NCBI GenBank assembly: GCA_964230645.1
Contig: CAXRHT010000002.1
Location: 1,472,001-1,536,000 of the forward strand
Direction: 5' to 3'
DNA length: 64,000 nucleotides
From: Bdellovibrionales bacterium
GTDB taxonomy: Bacteria; Bdellovibrionota; Bdellovibrionia; Bdellovibrionales; JAGQZY01
The notes below the pieces were generated by a model. That model saw nothing but the letters and a program-made list of their open reading frames with translations. It was not told the DNA's origin and searched no databases. The translations under genes and the position numbers were made by a program. This document shows positions 1 to 9,761 of this stretch, one piece after another (position 1 is the stretch's first letter; every line of letters begins with the position of its first letter).

Positions 1-770
1 ACAACACGAGCAAGAATTGACTCAATTTTTTGCTCAAGGTGAGAATCCACTTTCTTTTTTATATCCATTAACTGAGCCGACCCAGCAACACTTGGATCAT
101 ATTTTTCAGAAAGAACTTTACCTCGGGAGTCGACGACTGAGACTCCGCCCTCTTCCATACCTTCAACAGCATTCGAGACAAGATAGACGATTCCGCGCAC
201 TTGCTCCTCATTGAGTTTATGACCTCTATGTAGTTCAACCACAACAGAGGCCGAAGGCTTTTCCCCTTCACTTAGGAAAACTTTCTTTTTAGGAATAGCC
301 AAAATGACTTTTGAACGATTAACAGCCTCCATACTATTGATGGCTCGGGCGAGCTCTCCCTGAAGAGCTCTTTGAAAATTAATTTTTTGTGCGTAGGACG
401 TTGTTCCAAAATCTTGCTTATCAAAAAGTTCTAAGCCCACTTGCCCGATTCTACCGGCACCAACTTCTGCCATTATTGTCATCTGGGTGGAATGAAGGTA
501 GGCCTTAGGAACAAGGATGGTTCCGCTGTTATCTTCTATTCGATGTGGAATATTTTTGGCTCTGAGAGTATTTAATACCGTTGAGACCTGTTCTGGAGGC
601 ACATTTGTCAACAGGGGCGAATAGTCACTCCCTGATGACATCATTAGGATCGTGGCAATGGCCGCTAGCCCCACTCCAATACTGGCCATTAAGGAGGCCC
701 GTTTTATGGGAGTTAATCCTCCAAAAAAATCCTGAATTTGTGCAATAAAAGTTTTAAAAAAGTCTTGCAA
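1..770 (-). CDS. fliF: Flagellar MS-ring protein FliF (5' part; runs off window start)
   Basis: Not in ORF track. My translation from TTG at 770 gives an N-terminal TM and ...GLELFDKQDFGTTSYAQKINFQRALQGELARAI, a FliF motif; follows fliE. Confidence 0.93.
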   Translation of the reverse strand, partial: MQDFFKTFIAQIQDFFGGLTPIKRASLMASIGVGLAAIATILMMSSGSDYSPLLTNVPPEQVSTVLNTLRAKNIPHRIEDNSGTILVPKAYLHSTQMTIMAEVGAGRIGQVGLELFDKQDFGTTSYAQKINFQRALQGELARAINSMEAVNRSKVILAIPKKKVFLSEGEKPSASVVVELHRGHKLNEEQVRGIVYLVSNAVEGMEEGGVSVVDSRGKVLSEKYDPSVAGSAQLMDIKKKVDSHLEQKIESILARV

Positions 771-791
771 CTTCTGCCCCCTGTTCTACCT

Positions 792-1118
792 TCACACCTG
801 CATCTTCATAACTTCTTGATACGCATCAATGACTTTATTTCTTACTGACATCATAAGTTTCAAAGCAATGTCAGCGCGTTCGGCGGCGATCATCACTTCG
901 GATATATTTGTGGATTCACCGGATGCAACTTTTTGCATCTTTACGTCAGCATCTTTTTGTAAGGCATTCACCTTATCAACTGCGTCTGTCAGCGTATCGC
1001 CAAAAGATTTATGGGATGGGTTGGTGGATTCAGGAGTGACTCTCTTTTTAGAAAGTTCAGAAAATGTTTTACCTGTTTCCAGCAAATCTTTTGCTGTTGT
1101 AACTGTTAAGCCGTCCAT
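792..1118 (-). CDS. fliE: Flagellar hook-basal body protein FliE
   Basis: C-terminal ...VRNKVIDAYQEVMKMQV motif; flgB-flgC-fliE-fliF order. Confidence 0.95.
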   Translation of the reverse strand: MDGLTVTTAKDLLETGKTFSELSKKRVTPESTNPSHKSFGDTLTDAVDKVNALQKDADVKMQKVASGESTNISEVMIAAERADIALKLMMSVRNKVIDAYQEVMKMQV

Positions 1119-1170
1119 GGCATCCTCTCGTTAATTATATTCTACAATAGTTCTGTCAGTTTTTCTTCCT

Positions 1171-1608
1171 TTATCGACCAATCTCCAGGGCTTTTAGTGC
1201 CATGTCTTTGGTCGCATTTAAGGCGGAAACGTTGGCATCGTAGGTACGATTGGCCTGAATCATATCAGCCATCTCGACCATTAGATTGATATTAGGGTAA
1301 GCCACGTAGCCATTCTCATCAGCTTCAGGGTGATCCGGTTCATACTTTAGCAGTGGTGCACTACGATCAGAAACAACATCAGTCACCTGCACGCGGTTAA
1401 CATTTTTTTCCGGATTGGTGAGCATCATATCAGCAAATGACTTGGCATCAGGCATAGCCTCAAGTTGAACCATTTTACGTCTATAAGGGCCACCCTCAGG
1501 GGTTCTTGTGGTATTTATGTTTGCGATGTTACTGGAAATAGCATTCATACGACGTCTTTGCGCCGTCATACCGCTGCTACTTACACGAAGGCCTGTCATA
1601 AAATCCAT
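1171..1608 (-). CDS. flgC: Basal-body rod protein FlgC
   Basis: SNIANINTTRTPEGGPYRRK and YEPDHPEADENGYVAYPNIN motifs. Confidence 0.97.
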   Translation of the reverse strand: MDFMTGLRVSSSGMTAQRRRMNAISSNIANINTTRTPEGGPYRRKMVQLEAMPDAKSFADMMLTNPEKNVNRVQVTDVVSDRSAPLLKYEPDHPEADENGYVAYPNINLMVEMADMIQANRTYDANVSALNATKDMALKALEIGR

Positions 1609-1611
1609 TTA

Positions 1612-2022
1612 TTACCTCCCCTCTGTGGCTGCGTATTTTAAAGCTGCCAATTTTTTGTTGATCAGTTTTGTAGCGGCTTCATAAAGAATTGAGTTTTCAT
1701 TCTGTTTGGCCATTTCTTTTTCCAAATCCACGGTATTGCCATCATTGGAATAGTTGATATCAGGGTTGTCGTACACATCAGCTCGCACTCGACCAATAGC
1801 CCCCTGCCCCATTAGGAAGTGATCATTATGATCGACATGCATTTTGCCAAGGTCTTCTCTATCGATGGCACTTTTTAATGCGCCTTCGAAATCCATCTTT
1901 TTAGCATGATAGTTGGGAGTCTCGGCATTGGCGATATTGGCATTGATCACGTTCTGACGCTGCTGACGCATTTGCAGCGAAGTCGCTAGTGATTTAATTG
2001 TTTTATCAAAAATCCGTCCCAT
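1612..2022 (-). CDS. flgB: Basal-body rod protein FlgB
   Basis: NIANAETPNY and DGNTVDLEKEM motifs. Confidence 0.96.
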   Translation of the reverse strand: MGRIFDKTIKSLATSLQMRQQRQNVINANIANAETPNYHAKKMDFEGALKSAIDREDLGKMHVDHNDHFLMGQGAIGRVRADVYDNPDINYSNDGNTVDLEKEMAKQNENSILYEAATKLINKKLAALKYAATEGR

Positions 2023-2031
2023 CTTATCTCC

Positions 2032-3009
2032 TTAAATTACAAGATTGTCCGCTGACTTGTACTCATTAAGCTTATTTCTTAATGTTCGAATACTAATACC
2101 CAGAATCTTTGCAGCCTGCGTACGGTTTTTCCCTGTGTGTTCAAGTGTTTTCAAAATCAGTCTTTTCTCAGCCTCTTGAATGGTCATTCCGGTTTTCACG
2201 AATCCCTTTTCCTCAACTTGAGCCTCTGGAGTGTGAAAAGAGGTGGTTTCAATATTGATATCGTCGGCTGTTAATGTTTCCTTTGAGCTGATCAAGCAAG
2301 AGCGCTCAATTACATTTTGTAGTTCTCTTACGTTACCTGGCCATGACCAATTGTGTATTTTCTGCATGGCAGTGGCATCGACGCGTTTTAATCTCATTTT
2401 ATTTTCCATAGCGACTTTATTGAGGAAAAAGTCCACTAAGGGAGAGATATCCTTTTTTCTCTGTCTTAGAGGTGGAATACAAAGCGGAATCACATTCAGT
2501 CGGTAAAAAAGATCTTGCCTAAACTCACCTTTTTTAACCATATCAGCTAGACTTCTATTTGTTGTGCAGACAAATCGCACATCCACCTTTGTTGGTTGTG
2601 TGGAGCCCAGACGTTCAATCTCAGACTCCTGGATCACTCGTAAAAGTTTTCCCTGCAGTGACATAGGCATTTCACTGATTTCATCCATAAGGAAAGTACC
2701 CTGATCAGCCAACTCAAATTTTCCCGGCTTATCACGATCGGCCCCTGTAAAGGCCCCTTTGCGGTATCCAAAAAGCTCGCTTTCCAGAAGATTCTCTGGA
2801 ACTGCGGCACAGTTCGTGGCGATAAAAGACTGGTCTTTTCTTTGTGACTGATCATGAATAAAGCGAGCCATTAGCTCTTTTCCCACACCACTTTCACCAG
2901 TGATGAGGATGGTTGCCTTCCTTACGGCCACATTTCGTGCCAGTTGGATGGCCTTTTTCATTTCATCGTCCTTGATGGTTTTTGTCCAAGATTCCATTCT
3001 TCTCCTCAT
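2032..3009 (-). CDS. Sigma54-dependent activator (AAA+ and Fis HTH, no receiver domain)
   Basis: Walker A GESGVGKE, GAFTGA loop, WPGNVRELQN, C-terminal NRTQAAKILGISIRTLRNKL; only a short N-terminal extension. Confidence 0.92.
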   Translation of the reverse strand: MRRRMESWTKTIKDDEMKKAIQLARNVAVRKATILITGESGVGKELMARFIHDQSQRKDQSFIATNCAAVPENLLESELFGYRKGAFTGADRDKPGKFELADQGTFLMDEISEMPMSLQGKLLRVIQESEIERLGSTQPTKVDVRFVCTTNRSLADMVKKGEFRQDLFYRLNVIPLCIPPLRQRKKDISPLVDFFLNKVAMENKMRLKRVDATAMQKIHNWSWPGNVRELQNVIERSCLISSKETLTADDINIETTSFHTPEAQVEEKGFVKTGMTIQEAEKRLILKTLEHTGKNRTQAAKILGISIRTLRNKLNEYKSADNLVI

Positions 3010-5789
3010 TTTGCCATTGCTGGAATTCGGTTTATTTTATCGTCGGTCTCTTTTTTCCAATTTCCGCTTACTAATTTATTGTTGGCCAACTCTTCCCACA
3101 TCGATTTTTTTGTTAAGCCTTTCCAGGTTTTTTGAGCCTGGTTGATATTCTTGTTGTTAAAATAAAGCTCTCCTAAATAATATCTTTCTTTATCAAGATT
3201 ATTACTCGTCCCATACTGACCGATTAGTTTTTCACCCGTTTCGATGGCTTTTTCATTCTTACCTTTTTCCCTATAAAGTTGAAACAAACGTGAAAGAACA
3301 TAAACTTGATCTTGCTCACCTTTGTGTTTCTCGTAAAAATCCTCAAGAATTGCGATCGCTTCATCAAACTTCTCATTTTTTTCAAGAACTTGAGATAGGA
3401 AAACATTGAATTTTTGTTTCTTCTCAGGGCTTATGATTTGCTCTGGATCAACTAGATTTGCCGTTTTAAGAGCCTCGGGATACTTTTTATTGTCATAGGC
3501 GATTTGAGAAAGAGTGTAATGAAAATCAATTTTTGATTGGGAATCCAGTTCATTAATCTTTTTCACTTTATTAAGGCCCGCAAGAGCTTCATTTTTCTTT
3601 CCTTGTTTATAAAGTACAACGGCCTGCCTTAAATGAACCTGATCAAGACTTGGGTAGTATTCAAAGACTTTGCGCTCTTTTTCTTCCTTGGTTCCCACAA
3701 GCCCCTTCATTCTTTTTTCAATACGCTCATAAGAGCCAAGAGCTTCATCGAGAAGATCCATTTTTTCATAGGCCATGCCTCGAAAGAGTTGCACGTCAAC
3801 TCGTCGGGATTTACTCAACCAACTTTTTTGATGAGACTCAATAATATGTAGAGCTTTAACCACATCTCCAGCTACTAAGAGATCTTTAACTTCACCAGCT
3901 ATTGCCCGGGAAATACGTTTTTCAAATTTTCTTAAATTCACTGGTTTTGGATTGATTTGAAAATAGTTTATTAAGGCATTAGCCGCTTTCAGATAGTCGC
4001 CACGAGAATAAAAGCCATCAGAGATCATAAAGGCTGCGAACTCATCCACTTGCGGAAGATCGATTTTTTTCTCACGTTGTTTGATCTCTTTAACCGAAGC
4101 CTCAAGTTCCTTGGATTTCATATCTTTAAAACGCTGACTGAGACTTCGCATTCTTGCGATCGTACCACCAACACTATTACGGAAACGAAAGAAACTTTCA
4201 TTGTAAAATCCCTGGGCCTTGCGAGTATCGTCCTTTAATAAATCGACCAACTCACCAATCCTGGTTAAAGCGAAGGCACTGTAAGGATGGTTAGGATAAT
4301 TATCGAAAAACTCTTTATAGGAGGCCAAACTACGGGGGTACTCCGCAAGATTAAATTGTGCTTCTGCCTTATTAAATATGGCGTTGGGAAATTTGCTGAC
4401 AAAATTAGGGTATTTTTTTAAGGCCTCTTCATAAGCTCTCTCAGCCCGACGAAATCTTTGCTTAAGAAAATAGACATCACCCATGCGGAAAGCAGCCTCC
4501 GCTGCCGTGTAGCGTTCATTATCTTTGATGACATCACGAAACACATTCTGTGCGCCTTCATAGTTGTTCAGATGAGCCAGCGAGTCCCCTAGGTAAATCT
4601 TAATATGATTATTAAAAGGAGAATGAGGATAGTGCTTGAGATAGCGTCGTAACATTTTTGTAGCTATAAAGTACTCACCCACATTATGGGCCAGAAGGCC
4701 TGTATAAATGAGAGTCCGCTCAGCAATCTTTGAATCAGGATATCTTTCTATCAACATTTTATAGATATCCATAGCTTTACGCAGATATTCGGGGCGTTGA
4801 TTGATCTTCCATAACTCAACCCAGGTATCCGCTTCGACATAATAGAGAATTTCATCGTAAACAGATTGTGGAAAAGTTTTTTTGAAAATCTTTTTTGCCT
4901 TTAAAAAGGATGCAAAACTTTTTTGATTAAATAGTTTTAACAGATCTCGAGCTTGTTTATTTTCGTCTGAGAAAGATTTCCTAATGTCATATTCCGGATG
5001 GAAGCTTTGCAGTTCTTGTAAATGGGGATTTTTCAGCTTTAATAGTGGATAGCGAAGGTAAATATTCCCTTTCGCTTCAATGACTTTGGCCTCTAAATCC
5101 TCATCACTGTAATCCCCTCCAGTAATTCCACCAAAATCAAAAAGCTCGGCGATCGGCTCTGTTGGGGTTAGAGGGAGTGGCTCAAGATCCTGCTTGGGAG
5201 GTTCAACCTTTTCTTTATTCACTGTCACATACTCTGCAAAAGCGGGCTTTCTGTTAGCCTGCTGCTTTTTACTTTTAGCGATCGCCTCTTTCTCAGCTTT
5301 TTCTTTTGCTAATTTTTTCTGCCTTTTATTCTCCCTAATATCCGCTAAAACATTTTCTGAATTTACGAATAAATCAATGACTAGGTTATTGGGTTTCTGA
5401 GTAAGGTAATCAAAGTTTTCAATACGCTCATCGTTGAGGGTAATGAGAAGCTTTGTTTTATTTTCCGCCACTGACTCAACGGCAATATTTTTAACTAGAA
5501 GGCTCTGAAATTCTTCGATTTTTTCCAAACTCTCTGGACTCACTTGTGGAAGGACGACCTCAACCTGATCCCCTTCCTGTTTAAGATCATATTTCCACTC
5601 TTTAAGACCTTTGAACTCAAGATGAGTCATTCCTCCGACTCGTTCAATCTTGGCCTCAAGGAGTGGCAGTTTTTCGGACTGAGCGAAGGCCTGCCAACCC
5701 CAAAAGATTGAGATCAGAAGTGTGAAAATTAGAATTTTAACCGTCTGTACCTTCATAGAGTCCATGCTTTCAGTGGTGATTATCCACAT
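3006..5789 (-). CDS. Secreted tetratricopeptide-repeat protein heading the flgB operon (true start probably 5756)
   Basis: Signal peptide (…WGWQAFA); many BamD/YbgF-like TPR units such as YxxLIERYPDS and FFDNYPNHPY. Confidence 0.8.
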   Translation of the reverse strand: MWIITTESMDSMKVQTVKILIFTLLISIFWGWQAFAQSEKLPLLEAKIERVGGMTHLEFKGLKEWKYDLKQEGDQVEVVLPQVSPESLEKIEEFQSLLVKNIAVESVAENKTKLLITLNDERIENFDYLTQKPNNLVIDLFVNSENVLADIRENKRQKKLAKEKAEKEAIAKSKKQQANRKPAFAEYVTVNKEKVEPPKQDLEPLPLTPTEPIAELFDFGGITGGDYSDEDLEAKVIEAKGNIYLRYPLLKLKNPHLQELQSFHPEYDIRKSFSDENKQARDLLKLFNQKSFASFLKAKKIFKKTFPQSVYDEILYYVEADTWVELWKINQRPEYLRKAMDIYKMLIERYPDSKIAERTLIYTGLLAHNVGEYFIATKMLRRYLKHYPHSPFNNHIKIYLGDSLAHLNNYEGAQNVFRDVIKDNERYTAAEAAFRMGDVYFLKQRFRRAERAYEEALKKYPNFVSKFPNAIFNKAEAQFNLAEYPRSLASYKEFFDNYPNHPYSAFALTRIGELVDLLKDDTRKAQGFYNESFFRFRNSVGGTIARMRSLSQRFKDMKSKELEASVKEIKQREKKIDLPQVDEFAAFMISDGFYSRGDYLKAANALINYFQINPKPVNLRKFEKRISRAIAGEVKDLLVAGDVVKALHIIESHQKSWLSKSRRVDVQLFRGMAYEKMDLLDEALGSYERIEKRMKGLVGTKEEKERKVFEYYPSLDQVHLRQAVVLYKQGKKNEALAGLNKVKKINELDSQSKIDFHYTLSQIAYDNKKYPEALKTANLVDPEQIISPEKKQKFNVFLSQVLEKNEKFDEAIAILEDFYEKHKGEQDQVYVLSRLFQLYREKGKNEKAIETGEKLIGQYGTSNNLDKERYYLGELYFNNKNINQAQKTWKGLTKKSMWEELANNKLVSGNWKKETDDKINRIPAMAK

Positions 5790-5797
5790 CTATATAA

Positions 5798-5814
5798 AGC
5801 ACAGAAAGTGCCAA
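5798..5814 (-). promoter_or_regulatory. Sigma54 -24/-12 promoter of the TPR-flgBC-fliEF operon
   Basis: TTGGCACTTTCTGTGCT, GG-N10-GC. Confidence 0.75.
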
Positions 5815-5852
5815 CTTAGCTGGCTCACATTCCATTTCAGTAAAATCAGGAC

Positions 5853-5886
5853 CCGGAAAATATGGCAGGGGGGTCAGAGCTTTGAC
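5853..5886. promoter_or_regulatory. FleQ-type enhancer boxes
   Basis: GTCAGAGCTTTGAC (5873-5886), with a weaker copy CCGGAAAATATGGC 20 bp away, upstream of the sigma54 promoter. Confidence 0.55.
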
Positions 5887-5887
5887 G

Positions 5888-6202
5888 TTATTCTGACACA
5901 AAGCGGACGTTTTTGACCCAGACTCGACCGACGTGGGTGTTGACCTTAGTCATAATGTCTTGCTTGAAGAATTGCAGCTCAGTAAGAAGGCTTGGATTTT
6001 TTACAGCGATTGTGAGGAGTCCATCTTGATAGTCCAAAGGACGGGTTAAAGCGCCAAGGCTTCCCTTAAAAATCATGTCCCATTGTTGTTCCAAACGATA
6101 GCGCTGAAAGCCCTCTGATAGCGGTGACTTGCTATTTTGAAAAAGTCCTTGTAGGACTTGAGCGGCGGAATCGAGCTTTTTTCTTTCCTGGTCATCAGAC
6201 AT
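5888..6202 (-). CDS. DUF721/DciA-like protein
   Basis: W..I....TRP......LTIAV.N....EL.F....I...N pattern; start moved to ATG 6202 to avoid overlap with trmFO. Confidence 0.75.
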   Translation of the reverse strand: MSDDQERKKLDSAAQVLQGLFQNSKSPLSEGFQRYRLEQQWDMIFKGSLGALTRPLDYQDGLLTIAVKNPSLLTELQFFKQDIMTKVNTHVGRVWVKNVRFVSE

Positions 6203-6216
6203 GAGGTAGCTATAAC

Positions 6217-7596
6217 ATGAATTCACAATCTCAGACAATTTCCATTGTAGGCGGCGGCCTGGCGGGCTCTGAAGCTGCTTTTCAACTGGCCGAGAGAGGT
6301 CATAGCGTCAAACTCTTCGAGATGCGCCCTCAGACCACAACCCCCGCCCATAAAACAGGAGATTTGGCGGAGCTTGTCTGCTCGAACTCCTTTGGGAGTG
6401 TCGCCCATCACGCGGTCTCAGGACAAATGAAATGGGAGGCTGAAAAACTGGGGTCCCTTATCCTAGAATCCGCAGGGAAAGCCCGTGTGCCAGCTGGCCA
6501 AGCCCTTGGAATCGACCGTGTGGAATTTGCTAAAAGAGTGACTGAAAAGATCGCAGGTCACCCTAATATTGAGAGAATCGACAAACAGATTGAAAGTTTA
6601 GAAGAACTCCCACGCCCTAGCATCATCGCAACAGGTCCTCTCACCGGTGAGAGTTTGGCTAAGTCATTATTACAGCATTTTAATGACGAATTTCTTTATT
6701 TCTTTGATGCCATTGCACCGATCATTGAAACCGATTCCGTGGATATGAATACAGCCTGGATTGCAGACCGCTATGGAAAGGGCAACGGCGATTACATCAA
6801 CTGTCCGATGACCAAGGAGCAGTACTATAACTTTATTAATGCCATTAAAGAGGCCGAAAAAACAGAAAGTAAAGAGTTTGAAAAAAACACCCCTTACTTT
6901 GAAGGCTGTATGCCGATTGAAGAGATGATTCGAAGAGGGGATGAAACTCTACGCTACGGGCCACTGTCTCCTAAGGGTTTGACCTGTCCCCACTGGGAGG
7001 AAAAACCTTACGCCGTTGTCCAGTTACGTAAAGAAAACAGGCATGGCACCTCACACAATATGGTGGGCTTTCAAACCAAACTTAAATACTTTGAACAAAA
7101 AAGAATCTTTAAAATGATTCCAGGACTAGAGAAGGCTAACTTTCTCAAACTAGGAAGCATTCATAGAAATATGTACATCAACCCCACGCAAAAACTGACT
7201 CATCGATTGAGCAGTGTGAACGATGACAACCTTTATTTCGCCGGCCAAATCACTGGAGTTGAGGGCTACTTTGAAAGCACTTGCGTGGGACTTTTGTGTG
7301 CTCTTTTTATTGATGCCAAATCTAAAAACCAGAACTTTCTCCCTCCCCCACCAGAGACAGCGTTAGGGGCACTTTATAACGGCCTAACGGCTGAAAGAAA
7401 AGACCACTTCCAACCCACTAATATCAATCTCGGTCTCTTTCCTCCTCTAGAGAAAAGAGTGAAAAAACGGGAAAAAAGAGATCTCATTGTCCAACGAGCC
7501 AGAAAATACTTTGATCAATGGATTGGGGAATATCCTCCCGCTTACAAATCGGAAGCCTTTATCATTGAAATGGCGGACGAACTTAAAAAGCTTTAA
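6217..7596 (+). CDS. trmFO: FAD-dependent tRNA m5U54 methyltransferase TrmFO
   Basis: GGGLAGSEAA, LAELVCSNS, FEGCMPIE, FAGQITGVEGY. Confidence 0.97.
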   Translation: MNSQSQTISIVGGGLAGSEAAFQLAERGHSVKLFEMRPQTTTPAHKTGDLAELVCSNSFGSVAHHAVSGQMKWEAEKLGSLILESAGKARVPAGQALGIDRVEFAKRVTEKIAGHPNIERIDKQIESLEELPRPSIIATGPLTGESLAKSLLQHFNDEFLYFFDAIAPIIETDSVDMNTAWIADRYGKGNGDYINCPMTKEQYYNFINAIKEAEKTESKEFEKNTPYFEGCMPIEEMIRRGDETLRYGPLSPKGLTCPHWEEKPYAVVQLRKENRHGTSHNMVGFQTKLKYFEQKRIFKMIPGLEKANFLKLGSIHRNMYINPTQKLTHRLSSVNDDNLYFAGQITGVEGYFESTCVGLLCALFIDAKSKNQNFLPPPPETALGALYNGLTAERKDHFQPTNINLGLFPPLEKRVKKREKRDLIVQRARKYFDQWIGEYPPAYKSEAFIIEMADELKKL

Positions 7597-7814
7597 GGAT
7601 ATTCCGTGATCATCCCCTAGGCCTGACATCACCATTTTTTGGCGAATTTCTTAACACTTTCTCCTTTCCTTGCCCCATTTTAATAAGGACGGACTCTGTC
7701 ATGCCATAGAAGCCTTCTCACAGAGGCTCGCAGGAAATTAACAGGATAGACCTTCGTCTGAAGTCTTTTCTAGCCGATGGGCTCTTAAGGTTTAGGTTTT
7801 TTGAGGAGATACAA

Positions 7815-8831
7815 GTGGGATTGTCTTTAATTGAATTTGCTTCTTTTGTATTGGTATTTATCTCTGTCCTAGTGGGACTGGCGATCTGGCTCTATATGGA
7901 AGGCAGTGCTCTATCCAGAATGATGCAGAAACGGCTCAATTCCGTCATTCTCGACCGCAACCAACTCTCCGCTAAAAACTCGATCCTTCTCACAAAGTAC
8001 GAGAAAAAGTGTATCGAACTAAAACAAAAGCTCGAGGAGCCTAACACACCAAGTGACTCCTCACCGAAACTCGAAAAAGAACTGGATGAGGCAAAAAGTG
8101 AGCTTGAGAATCTAAAAAAAGAGCTTAAACTCTCTGAAAAATTTGCCAACGAGTTGCAAAAGCAAATTAAGCAACGAGAAGAAGAACTTATTAAAGCTTC
8201 CCATGACATGAGTGAGCTTAAAGAATCAAACAACAAAGTCGATGCCGAGAAATCAGCGGATCTACAGAAAAATCTTGAAGAGAAACAATCAAAACTTTCC
8301 AAAATGAAAAAAGAAAACGGCGAGCTAAAACAAAAGGTCAAAGAACTCTCCTTTCAAATAGAAAACATTGAAAAAGCTCATGCTAAAGATCTGAATCAGT
8401 TATTAGAGAAAGTCGAAAAAGACAAAGCGGTTCTGCGGGACAAATACAATAAAAAAATCAAAAAGATGAAGAACCAAGAGGCACAAGCACCTATCACCTC
8501 AGGTGAAAGCGAGATCTTTGAAAAGAAACTCGTACAGCGTATTCTCAAGTCTTACAAAAGATTGATGAATCTTGAGAAAGAAAATATTAGCTTGAAAAAT
8601 AAACTGCAAGGTAAAGAAAAAGAGTTAGAAGAGTTCGATTCGGTCCATAACTTTTCTAAAATGACCTTAATGGAAAGAGCCACTCTCACTCTATGGAGTT
8701 CCCAACAAGCGGACGAAAACACAGACGAGGAGCAACTTGCAGAGCTTAAGAAAAATCTTGATAAGGCTCGCAAGCAAATCCATGACCTACAAAAAGAAAA
8801 AGAGTTCGACGACGAAAAAACGGTCGCTTAA
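7815..8831 (+). CDS. Membrane-anchored long coiled-coil protein
   Basis: One N-terminal hydrophobic helix, then K/E-rich heptads; GAGGAG SD before GTG. Confidence 0.75.
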   Translation: MGLSLIEFASFVLVFISVLVGLAIWLYMEGSALSRMMQKRLNSVILDRNQLSAKNSILLTKYEKKCIELKQKLEEPNTPSDSSPKLEKELDEAKSELENLKKELKLSEKFANELQKQIKQREEELIKASHDMSELKESNNKVDAEKSADLQKNLEEKQSKLSKMKKENGELKQKVKELSFQIENIEKAHAKDLNQLLEKVEKDKAVLRDKYNKKIKKMKNQEAQAPITSGESEIFEKKLVQRILKSYKRLMNLEKENISLKNKLQGKEKELEEFDSVHNFSKMTLMERATLTLWSSQQADENTDEEQLAELKKNLDKARKQIHDLQKEKEFDDEKTVA

Positions 8832-8846
8832 TTTTGCCTTACTCAT

Positions 8847-9245
8847 TGTCGTTCTAGGAATGTTGTCATTCTGAGCCTACTGTCATTTCTGGAAGCATTG
8901 TCATTCTAGGAGCATTGTCATTCTGAGCGCAGCGAAGAATCTAGAACCACTGAGCTTGCGTTATCAACCATAGTCCTCGGCTATAGATCCTTCGCTATCG
9001 CTCAGGATGACAGGGCCATCGCTCAGGATGACGAGTGGCTTCGCTTCAGAAAAACAGGGAAAAATGCGACTTCTATCCTATCGTCATTCTGAGCGTAGCG
9101 AAGAATCTGTAGCCACTGAGCTTGCGTTATCAATCATAACCCTCGGCAATAGATCCTTCGCTATCGCTCAGGATGACAGGGCTATCGCTCAGGATGACGA
9201 GCGGCTTCGCTTCAGGATGACAACCGGCTTCACCTCAGAATGACA
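8847..9245. repeat. Array of palindromic REP-like elements (GTCATTCTGAGCG...CGCTCAGGATGAC)
   Basis: Two units 166 bp apart (8917, 9083), each with inverted ends; stacked partial ends flank both sides; lies between convergent genes. Confidence 0.88.
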
Positions 9246-9279
9246 GGTAGAAAATAGCTTCTTACTTTTAGTGGCTTTT

Positions 9280-9624
9280 TTAGTTACCGATATAAGATTG
9301 AGTCACTTCAGATGTATTAGAAATTGAAAGGGAACTCAGATGACAGTTATCAACAATGATTTCAGCCACTGCGAGATACTCACGGTCATTTGTGCATTGA
9401 AAGTAGACTCCGCCAAGGATTCCCTTTCCCTTTCGGGTCACTCTTAGTTCTTTTTCTGACCAAACCACGCGCTCAATCTTACTTGCCCCTTTTTGAGAGC
9501 ACTTCTCTCTTGCTTGGGCATAAATAGCTTTTGCTATCTCGCGATTACAATTTTCAGCATCAAGGGCATAGGAAGTGGATGTTATTGCGAAAAAGCTTGT
9601 TAGCGATAGAAAAAAGACTTTCAT
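9280..9624 (-). CDS. Small secreted Cys-containing hypothetical protein
   Basis: Signal peptide (…STSYA), four Cys, AGGAG SD. Confidence 0.7.
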   Translation of the reverse strand: MKVFFLSLTSFFAITSTSYALDAENCNREIAKAIYAQAREKCSQKGASKIERVVWSEKELRVTRKGKGILGGVYFQCTNDREYLAVAEIIVDNCHLSSLSISNTSEVTQSYIGN

Positions 9625-9761
9625 GGACTCTCCTGGTTTCCCATCATCTCTTTTTAAGCTCAGCCCTACAAACTATTGTGGACCTAATGGCTTAAAAGCG
9701 CCTCCAAACTTCCTCCTACTAAAAAACTCGACAAAAGGCGCGACTCAAACCTCAGAGGCAC

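Noticed and set aside
7754..7780. Sigma28 promoter for the coiled-coil gene
   Set aside because: GCCGAT is present but there is no TAAA-like -35 at N15 spacing.
9007..9243. 78-aa ORF
   Set aside because: It is just a translation of the repeat array.
8847..9245. CRISPR array
   Set aside because: Units are inverted pairs with near-identical internal segments, spacing is irregular, and there are no cas genes in the window.
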